From positions 1 to 43,720 of IMG/VR virus record IMGVR_UViG_3300020183_006509: 43,720 bases of DNA. One strand, written 5' to 3'. This document shows, piece after piece, positions 18,512 through 25,363 of this stretch (positions are counted from its first letter, which is position 1; every line of letters starts with the position of its first letter). A program made the translations under genes and the position numbers. The notes below the pieces were generated by a model. The model searched no databases, was not told where the DNA came from, and saw only the letters and a program-made list of their open reading frames with translations. This DNA is from a virus (lineage: Duplodnaviria > Caudoviricetes).

Positions 18512-19312
18512 TTAGACCTTAAAAACATCGAAATCTTCCCGATTTTGTTGTAAATAAATTTTTAGCCTTTCCCTCAGATCTTTTACTGGGTAAATTTTGG
18601 CATCGGATTCCGGTCCAATGTGAACTAAAAAACCTCCATGAGTTTCTATCCCCAGTTCTTCCTCTAAAATCAAACGGTACAAGCTAATTTGAATCGAATA
18701 CTCGTTGTGTGAATTTTCGTATAAATCAACAAATGGATGAAGAAGTTTTTTGTATCTTCCTTTAGGGTGGTGGTCATCCTTGAACTCTTTGTTGGTTTTC
18801 CAGTCACCGATAAGAAACAAAAGCTTGTTTTGTTTCTCGTCCCACATTAAAAAAGGTTGGTCGATAGTTCCAGCCAATTTCCATTTTTTAGAAAAAATTT
18901 TTAGCTCTGATTTCAAAGGCTTCAATTTTTTCAATCTTGATTCGTATAAATTCAGAAAAGACTGAACTCTCCGGATATCCTCTTCTTTCTCAGGCATTTC
19001 TGGATTATCGCCAGACCAAAAATCTTCGATCCATTTGTGAACACGGGTTCCAAGTGAAGCTGCAGTAACTGCTTTTTGTGTCCAATCATTTTCTATTACA
19101 GAAGGATCAACACCTGCTTCTGAAGCTTTTCTTTTGATCCAATAATCACGATCGAAGGGAATTTTGAATCTCCTTAGAAAAGTTGTTACTGAATCGTATG
19201 TTATCCCTCGGTAAGAATAGGAGTGGCTGTTTTCTTCAAAAATAAAATATGGATCTTTGAAAAAATCCAATTTTTTTTGATATTCATTTAATACTTCTTC
19301 CCAATTTACCAC
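18512..19312 (-). CDS. PD-(D/E)XK family exonuclease (RecB/Cas4-like fold)
   Basis: GTRVHKWIE, SELKIF, AGTIDQ, IGDWKT and YSIQISLY. The start is probably GTG 19312, overlapping the upstream stop (the ORF track gives 19351). Confidence 0.85.
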   Translation of the reverse strand: MVNWEEVLNEYQKKLDFFKDPYFIFEENSHSYSYRGITYDSVTTFLRRFKIPFDRDYWIKRKASEAGVDPSVIENDWTQKAVTAASLGTRVHKWIEDFWSGDNPEMPEKEEDIRRVQSFLNLYESRLKKLKPLKSELKIFSKKWKLAGTIDQPFLMWDEKQNKLLFLIGDWKTNKEFKDDHHPKGRYKKLLHPFVDLYENSHNEYSIQISLYRLILEEELGIETHGGFLVHIGPESDAKIYPVKDLRERLKIYLQQNREDFDVFKV

Positions 19313-19788
19313 GATATGAATGAATTTACAAATTGCATGATCTGTTCCCAATTCCTAATCACATAACCAAGAGCTACCATTTCTAAACAGAATCTTAGCA
19401 ACCAAATCCAACTCAATTCCCTATATACAAAATAATAAATAACCAAAAATGAATCACCGCCAGTTTCTTTGATAGGCTGCAACCAAGGAGCAATTATTTC
19501 GTGCAAATTAAGGCGGGTTAGGTATTCGTTGATAGGTCTGATTTCTTCGAAAACAAAAGCTGGCCTGGCATCGTCGGGGAAATCTCTGGATTGTGTTACC
19601 TCTGGCGGAAGATTTACCACCGTGTAAATTCTACCAAACCAATCTTTTCTCAATCTTAGTTTGCTCCACTGAGGAGAACTCAATGACTCTTTTTTAATAA
19701 TCGTGAGATAATCTGAATATAATTTCAGGTCCTTGAGAACATCCCATAATCGAAGGGTAACTATGATTCTACCTAAAAAGTCAATCAT
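19306..19788 (-). CDS. Hypothetical protein with C-terminal hydrophobic segment
   Basis: ATGA-coupled to the sigma gene; 160 aa. Confidence 0.7.
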   Translation of the reverse strand: MIDFLGRIIVTLRLWDVLKDLKLYSDYLTIIKKESLSSPQWSKLRLRKDWFGRIYTVVNLPPEVTQSRDFPDDARPAFVFEEIRPINEYLTRLNLHEIIAPWLQPIKETGGDSFLVIYYFVYRELSWIWLLRFCLEMVALGYVIRNWEQIMQFVNSFISW

Positions 19789-20402
19789 TTTTTTGAATTT
19801 TTTTTCGTCAAGGTCTCGATTTTCTTACGAATTTTTGTTCTGGCCCTTCTTATTCTTGTAGCGATGGACCTTTTCTTAATTCCATACTTGTCAGCTATGT
19901 CCTTGTACTTCATACCATAGATCTCTCTATCAATCATGATATCCCTATAAAGTTCCGGGAGATCTCTAATTTCATCTACAACCTGCTCATAAACTTCATC
20001 AATATCAGATCCGCCTGATAGGAAACTCCAGATAGGATCTTCTTCCACCGAATAAACCACTGAGTCTGAGTCCATCTTGGTTGAATCCAATTCGATTTCT
20101 TCTGTGGTTTTTGTTACGAGCCTTTTTCTACTTTTTTGTAAAAGTAAAGATTCGTTTTTGGCTATATTGTAGCACCAAGTTGAAAAATTTCCCTTCTCCG
20201 CATCATATTGATCTATTTTTTGCCAGACCTTGGACATAGAATTTAAAAAAGCATCCTCTGCTAATTCCATGTCGTTGAGGATGGTGAAACAGTGGTTCAA
20301 GACCCCCGGTTTTAACCTTTCAAATAAAAATTTAAAAGACATATCGTCTTTACCTTGAATAAAATTTTCTGCTAATACCTGAATGTTTTTCTCCTTTGCC
20401 AT
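19785..20402 (-). CDS. ECF-type (group 4) sigma-70 factor
   Basis: Region 2 LAEDAFLNSMSKVWQKIDQYDAEKGNFSTWCYNIAKN and region 4 LPELYRDIM...GMKYKDIADKYGIKKRSIATRIRRARTKIRK. Confidence 0.9.
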   Translation of the reverse strand: MAKEKNIQVLAENFIQGKDDMSFKFLFERLKPGVLNHCFTILNDMELAEDAFLNSMSKVWQKIDQYDAEKGNFSTWCYNIAKNESLLLQKSRKRLVTKTTEEIELDSTKMDSDSVVYSVEEDPIWSFLSGGSDIDEVYEQVVDEIRDLPELYRDIMIDREIYGMKYKDIADKYGIKKRSIATRIRRARTKIRKKIETLTKKNSKK

Positions 20403-20413
20403 TTTTTTGTTCC

Positions 20414-20992
20414 CTAGATTTTTTTTCCCAATTTTACAATTTCTAAACCTGCCTCCAATAAGAAAGACAGGGGCTCAGGTTTTCTGTAGACCTTGCCGAA
20501 AACTACTTTTTTGATTCCCGATTGAATGATCAATTTAGAACATTCAAAACAAGGAGAAACGGTTACATACATAGTTGATCCTTCTGAACTTTGTGTGCTC
20601 TTGGCAAGTTTGGTGATTGCATTAGCTTCGGCATGTAGCACATAGCTCAAAGTCACAAAATTTTCATCTTCGCACTCATTTGGAAATCCCGTAGGAGATC
20701 CATTATAACCATCGGATATAATTGATTTATCTTTTACAATTAGACTACCTACCTTCATTCTTCTGCAATGTGAATTTTGTGCCCAGATTTCAGCCATGGC
20801 CAAATATACAGGATCAGTTTTAATATCTTTTGGTTTATAAAAGGTTTCGTCTTTTAAATTTTCAATTTCACTAAAAATAAAAACATTTCTCAGGTTAGGT
20901 TTTGCCACCCAGGAAAATTCTTCATATGAGCCCAAATCCTGAAAAAACTCATCCACAGGTATTTCTTTGAATTTAAATTTATTGGTGCTCAT
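20414..20992 (-). CDS. cd: dCMP deaminase
   Basis: Zinc motifs HAEANAI and SPCFECSK, plus VGSLIVKD and GYNG. Confidence 0.92.
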   Translation of the reverse strand: MSTNKFKFKEIPVDEFFQDLGSYEEFSWVAKPNLRNVFIFSEIENLKDETFYKPKDIKTDPVYLAMAEIWAQNSHCRRMKVGSLIVKDKSIISDGYNGSPTGFPNECEDENFVTLSYVLHAEANAITKLAKSTQSSEGSTMYVTVSPCFECSKLIIQSGIKKVVFGKVYRKPEPLSFLLEAGLEIVKLGKKI

Positions 20993-21014
20993 AAGGAATT
21001 CGGTTTGAAAAGTT

Positions 21015-21040
21015 CAAATATAGCCAACTTCTTTGACAAA
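21015..21040 (-). promoter_or_regulatory. Putative host-sigma (Bacteroidota-type) early promoter TTTG-N14-TATATTTG
   Basis: Perfect TAnnTTTG -7 box 23 nt upstream of the dCMP deaminase/ECF sigma operon. The -33 spacing is non-canonical. Confidence 0.5.
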
Positions 21041-21060
21041 TAAAAATTTAACCTGATTTT

Positions 21061-22785
21061 TCAAATTATATTAGAACTTGGTCTGAATGGCGTGTCATTT
21101 GCTATCCTTAAAGGACCCGATAAAGATTTATAAATTCCTGCCAAAAGTCCTTTTATCTCTTTAATGTCTGAAGAGGATAAAGTTTCGCCTTCTTTTGTTC
21201 CTTTAGGGGTTTTATTTGTTTTTGTTGGAGCTTGTGGGGGTGTGTTTTCTACTTTATCGGGGGTTGATGTGCTTGGTGATGGTTCAGCTTGTTGGGGTGA
21301 AGATGCGGATGGACTTTTTTCGTCTGACTTTTTTAAAGTTGGAGTTTCTTTATTTAGTTTGGATGAATCCAATTTTTCAACTAAGTTTCCCGCTTGTTTG
21401 GAAAAATAATCCATCGTTGGGTCCCCACTTTCTGGAGTTTTTTGGGATAAAGATTGTTGGTAATCTTTGATTCCTTTAGTCAAATTTTCCTTGAATTTTG
21501 AACCAAATTCTTTTCCCTTGGCCTTTAATGATTCCAAAAGTTTAGGCTTAGTCGGGGAAATTACAGATTCTTGATTTTTCTTATTTTCTTTTTTAGATTT
21601 AATTTTTGAATCTGTTTCTGGTTTCATTCCGTCCGTAAGCCCTGGTATTTTTTGCCCTTGTTCTTTCTGTGTAGGTATTTTTTGCCCTTGTTCTTTCTGT
21701 GTGAGAGATGATAAAACAGAGATTGGTTGGGTTTCGGTTGGTTCGGGTGCTTCATTATAGGACTCTATAAAATAATCTAGGTCCTCTTGAAGATCTTCTG
21801 GATATTTGGTGTAGTAATCTAGATCGGATTTCAAAAGATCTTCTCTTTCTTTTTGAATAGCAGCTTTTGGGACTTTAACACCAAATTTATTTTCTATGAA
21901 CCCTTCTAGTGTAGGCATTTGGGTAACAATATCCTGCAGAAAATTAGAATTTTTTTCAGACGAAACTTCATTTATTTGGGATTTTGCTGTGTTTATTTCT
22001 TTTTGTTTTGTTTTTTTTATGTCTGCCAATCTTTGCTGAGGGGCAACCACAGACAAATCCTGTTTTTCTGGATTAGCTCGTCTTTTTCTGTCTTCCTCCA
22101 TTTCTTCTAGAGCGGATTTATAAAGTTCATCTTGATTGATAACTTTCTGGTCTTTTTTCAACTTTACAATTTCTGGTCCTGCTTCGCCTACAATAGCCAT
22201 CCCATCCTTTTCAATTTGTCCTCCGTCTTTTAGTTTGGGTAACTTATCCAAACCTAACTTATCCAAACCTAACTTATCCAAACCTAACTTATCCAAACCT
22301 AAATTACCCAAACCTAACTTATCCAAACCTAACTTATCCAAACCTAAATTACCCAAACCTAAAATTTTAGTCAAATCCAAATTTGGAATATTTGGTTTCA
22401 CTTCTGCTGGCTTCGTCTGATTTTTTGCGATGGATTCTTTCATTTCTTTCAATAAATCAGATACGTTAGATTTAGAACCTACGCCATCGGATTTATTAGA
22501 ATTTGCTGTCTTCGAATTTTTCTCTGCCTGCTTCCCTAAAGTTTTTTCTAATTCTTTAGAGAAAGATCCAACCATTTTTTCAAACTTTTTTGGATCTTCC
22601 TTTTCTTCGGTGGAATTTTGTGACCCAGATTTGTTTTCCTGCTTTAATTCATTGACAAGTTGGTTCGTATTTTTGTTGGTTTCTGCAGAAATTTTATTTT
22701 GTTCTTTGAGCTCCCGAGCTAAAGAATCTAAATTGTTGGAAAGAGAAGATAGCTCCTTCAAAATGCTAGCTGTGTCCTGTGCCAT
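21061..22785 (-). CDS. Tape-measure/baseplate-hub-like tail protein (574 aa, low complexity)
   Basis: Follows tube and gp26/gp51 genes. Contains LKDGGQI...AIVGEAGPEIV, a motif typical of tape-measure-type proteins, plus an N-terminal coiled coil. Confidence 0.5.
   Translation of the reverse strand: MAQDTASILKELSSLSNNLDSLARELKEQNKISAETNKNTNQLVNELKQENKSGSQNSTEEKEDPKKFEKMVGSFSKELEKTLGKQAEKNSKTANSNKSDGVGSKSNVSDLLKEMKESIAKNQTKPAEVKPNIPNLDLTKILGLGNLGLDKLGLDKLGLGNLGLDKLGLDKLGLDKLGLDKLPKLKDGGQIEKDGMAIVGEAGPEIVKLKKDQKVINQDELYKSALEEMEEDRKRRANPEKQDLSVVAPQQRLADIKKTKQKEINTAKSQINEVSSEKNSNFLQDIVTQMPTLEGFIENKFGVKVPKAAIQKEREDLLKSDLDYYTKYPEDLQEDLDYFIESYNEAPEPTETQPISVLSSLTQKEQGQKIPTQKEQGQKIPGLTDGMKPETDSKIKSKKENKKNQESVISPTKPKLLESLKAKGKEFGSKFKENLTKGIKDYQQSLSQKTPESGDPTMDYFSKQAGNLVEKLDSSKLNKETPTLKKSDEKSPSASSPQQAEPSPSTSTPDKVENTPPQAPTKTNKTPKGTKEGETLSSSDIKEIKGLLAGIYKSLSGPLRIANDTPFRPSSNII
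21644..21702. repeat. Tandem duplication, 30-nt period (TQKEQGQKIP x2)
   Basis: ggtattttttgcccttgttctttctgtgt occurs twice in direct succession. Confidence 0.9.
22241..22360. repeat. 15-nt tandem repeat x8 encoding LGLDK/LGLGN
   Basis: aacttatccaaacct x6 and aaattacccaaacct x2, contiguous and in frame. Confidence 0.95.
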
Positions 22786-22798
22786 AATAAAACTAATT

Positions 22799-22806
22799 TA
22801 TATATC
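22799..22806 (-). promoter_or_regulatory. Putative late promoter GATATATA
   Basis: Intergenic, 14 nt upstream of ATG 22785. Confidence 0.65.
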
Positions 22807-22826
22807 TAATTGTTGCAAAATGGAAA

Positions 22827-23015
22827 TCATTTCGAAAAATTAAAAACCTCAGATTGGCCAGAATCCTCCATATTTTCTTTGTTTTGTTTTTCTACAGACT
22901 TGTTAATTTTATCCAACCAAATTTGGAACTCGTAATATGGAATTTTTTCTATCCATTCCGGATCTAATTTGTGTTCGTTCCAAAGGCGAAACTTCAAATC
23001 AAAGTAGTTCTCCAA
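22827..23015 (-). CDS. gp51: Baseplate hub assembly protein (gp51-like); start uncertain, possibly reached by frameshift
   Basis: SLENYFDLKFRLWNEHKLDPEWIEKIPYYEFQIW resembles gp51 of T4-like phages (SLENYY..NF.LM.HH...IE.M.PWE). No ATG near the 5' end; nearest option is TTG 23015. Confidence 0.6.
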   Translation of the reverse strand: MENYFDLKFRLWNEHKLDPEWIEKIPYYEFQIWLDKINKSVEKQNKENMEDSGQSEVFNFSK

Positions 23016-24093
23016 AGATATCTGAAATAACGAAAAGAGATCTGATCCCTCCGGGAAAGGAAATTGGGGCGGTGACCTCCTGAGCACCGCACTTAGAACA
23101 AGGTAAATTCACCTCCAACTTCGTACCTATCTTAAGTAAGTCTGCTACTTGAAATAAAATAGAAAATTCCTCCTTGGACCAAGAATTTGATGCCTCTTCA
23201 AGTTCGGCCAATCGGTTTTCATCTAAACCTCTCCAATCTTCGTAGAGATGCGGTGCTATTTTGATGAAACTTTCGTCTACATCCATCCCCTTTCTAATCC
23301 TATTTCGAACATAAGTAGAGATTGCATCTACAACACCTATTGAAGGAACTGTTAATTTGATGGTTCTAGATAACTTTGAAATATTCAGAACGAACTTTCT
23401 ATCCGATTTGGAATAATAGGACATCAATTTCTCGTCTATAGCATATTTGGATAAAACCCCAGTCCTTAGCTCAACACCATTTTGAAACGGACAATCCCCA
23501 GTTACACAATTAGTTTTAGGTTTTAAAACAATCATATTTTCTCCCCGTACAAAGGTTAAATCTCTGATCGTCATAAGGATAAAAAAGCGATCCTCCTGTT
23601 TAATTTCTTTGTAGGACACAACTCCGTATTGTGGAAACTTGATTACACAGCATCTTTCGAGAATCAAATTTAATTTGGCATCAATGTCGAGCATATCTGT
23701 TTCATCGATGGTTGAAAAGTGTCTTATTTCCTTTACCTCTGCAGGACGTATAGCGATCTGAACTCCTTCCGGGTAAAATAGTCCGCCAGAGGGAAGAAGT
23801 GAAGGAGGTAAATTTTTCCAACCCAAATCAGAAGGTCCGAAATCCCTTGGGATGGAATTTTCTGGACTTGTGGTGAGAATAGGCTCAGATTTTATTTGCT
23901 CAGCCAATCTCGTCTGAGATGGGCCTTCGGTTTTTTCTTGTGCCTGTTGGAATAAGGCATTGGCTTCTTTCTCTGCCCTTTCCTCTAAAGGATTGATTGG
24001 GTTTAGATCGGCTACGCCATCATCAAAAGAAATTCCGCCAAGTTTTTCTTTTTCTTGTAAAATTTTTTCTGGTGATAAATTTTTTGGATCCAT
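22999..24093 (-). CDS. gp26: Baseplate hub subunit / tail assembly protein (T4 gp26-like)
   Basis: LPSGGLFY..IAIRPAEVKE, DRFFILMTIR and C-terminal CSKCG...GGIRSLF. Start re-called to ATG 24093 (MDPKN). Confidence 0.7.
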   Translation of the reverse strand: MDPKNLSPEKILQEKEKLGGISFDDGVADLNPINPLEERAEKEANALFQQAQEKTEGPSQTRLAEQIKSEPILTTSPENSIPRDFGPSDLGWKNLPPSLLPSGGLFYPEGVQIAIRPAEVKEIRHFSTIDETDMLDIDAKLNLILERCCVIKFPQYGVVSYKEIKQEDRFFILMTIRDLTFVRGENMIVLKPKTNCVTGDCPFQNGVELRTGVLSKYAIDEKLMSYYSKSDRKFVLNISKLSRTIKLTVPSIGVVDAISTYVRNRIRKGMDVDESFIKIAPHLYEDWRGLDENRLAELEEASNSWSKEEFSILFQVADLLKIGTKLEVNLPCSKCGAQEVTAPISFPGGIRSLFVISDIFGELL

Positions 24094-24107
24094 ATAATTC
24101 AAATTAG

Positions 24108-24142
24108 GTCACACATAAATGTGCTCCTTATATATGTGTGAC
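24108..24142. other. Inverted repeat (10-bp perfect stem) overlapping late-promoter variant CATATATA
   Basis: gtcacacata (24108-24117) and tatgtgtgac (24133-24142) between the tail tube and gp26 genes; octamer at 24129-24136. Confidence 0.7.
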
Positions 24143-24158
24143 AGAAAAAAAACTAAAA

Positions 24159-24740
24159 TTATAGGAATTGGTCTTGCCAGTAATCAGATTTCCAGGTAGT
24201 ATCTAGAATGTATAAAGCATCCCCAGAATCATAACTTAATGCCATTGTGGTCAAAGGTTCGATCAAAAAGCAGTTGTTTAAAGTTAATCTGCGAAAAACA
24301 TCGCCTTGTTTGTTGTAGATTGAAACAACAATTTGTCCAGTGTAATCTTTTTTCAATCCCATAGCACCAGTCAGAGGATTGTAAATCAGATCTGACCATT
24401 GACGCAAGATTTTAAAAATGGTCATTGAATTATTCTCGTTTAAGTTCACCTCAAAAGAAATCGAAAATTGAACATCGGAAGTTGAAGGTTCACCACCTGC
24501 ATATCTTCTTTCGGCAAATTTATAATACTGAGTTACTGGGGCAGCAGGTTGAATATCAACTGCAAGAGATCCGGTTACGCTTTTGACCTGCTGCGTCATA
24601 ATAGATTCCCCATTGAATCTCACATTACCTAATGTCACTCCTGCCGGAGGTGTAATCAGAACTTCGAATTGGTTAAGAAAAACTGGTTCGAAGTTGTTGC
24701 GAGCCGCTAGAGAATTATTGAAGTGTGGTAAACCTGCCAT
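24159..24740 (-). CDS. gp19: Tail tube protein (gp19-like), copy 2
   Basis: MAGLPH..EPVFLNQFEV, RRYAGG, LRQWSDLIYNPLTG...KKDY; paralogue of the adjacent gene. Confidence 0.8.
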   Translation of the reverse strand: MAGLPHFNNSLAARNNFEPVFLNQFEVLITPPAGVTLGNVRFNGESIMTQQVKSVTGSLAVDIQPAAPVTQYYKFAERRYAGGEPSTSDVQFSISFEVNLNENNSMTIFKILRQWSDLIYNPLTGAMGLKKDYTGQIVVSIYNKQGDVFRRLTLNNCFLIEPLTTMALSYDSGDALYILDTTWKSDYWQDQFL

Positions 24741-24755
24741 TTATTTTTTTAATTT

Positions 24756-25310
24756 TTAAGTAAATAGATCATCCCAATAATCAACCGCCCATGTCATGGT
24801 GATTTCATACAAAGTAGTTCCATTCACATAATCCAACTCCATCGGATCAATAGCTTTCATAGGGAAACAGTCTTTGCAGGTAATTCTCCTGAAAACATCT
24901 CCGTTTTTGTTGAAAATAGAAATGATAACCGTTCCAGTGTAATCCCTTTTGATCCCCATAGCTCCCGTGAGTGGATTGTAAATCAAATCGGTCCACTGTC
25001 TTAGGGTTTTAAACGTGTACATCGAATTATCGTCATTCAAATTAACCGTAAATTTCACGCTCAAATCCAAACTGGTTTTATCTGGTTTACCCCCCGCATA
25101 GTTTCTTTTGGCAAACTTGTATTTCTGAAAAATAAAAGATGGGTTTTTATCCACGTCCATTCCTTGTACACTCATAACCTGTTGTAACAAAATTTGACCC
25201 CCTAGAACAGCTGCAGGGGGAATTACCGTTACCTCAAATTGATTGAGATAAACTGGTTCGTATTTATTGATCGAATACAATGAATTTTGGTAATGTGGTA
25301 AACCGGCCAT
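24756..25310 (-). CDS. gp19: Tail tube protein (gp19-like), copy 1
   Basis: Directly after the sheath. NQFEV, W.D..YNP.TG, DCFP..I..M.LDY and W..DYW are tube motifs. Confidence 0.85.
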   Translation of the reverse strand: MAGLPHYQNSLYSINKYEPVYLNQFEVTVIPPAAVLGGQILLQQVMSVQGMDVDKNPSFIFQKYKFAKRNYAGGKPDKTSLDLSVKFTVNLNDDNSMYTFKTLRQWTDLIYNPLTGAMGIKRDYTGTVIISIFNKNGDVFRRITCKDCFPMKAIDPMELDYVNGTTLYEITMTWAVDYWDDLFT

Positions 25311-25329
25311 TAATTGTTTTTCTTTTTTT

Positions 25330-25337
25330 TATTTATC
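25330..25337 (-). promoter_or_regulatory. Putative late promoter GATAAATA
   Basis: 20 nt upstream of the tube ATG; one mismatch to both GATATATA and the T4 late box TATAAATA. Confidence 0.6.
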
Positions 25338-25363
25338 TTACCTTCTAAAATTCACAAAATATG

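Noticed and set aside
18512-19312. Nuclease considered as Cas4 of a CRISPR system
   Set aside because: It lacks the four-Cys Fe-S motif, and no array or other cas genes are present; it is an ordinary phage PD-(D/E)XK exonuclease.
22241-22360. Tandem repeat considered as a CRISPR array
   Set aside because: The 15-nt units are contiguous with no spacers and lie in frame inside a CDS; no cas operon is present.
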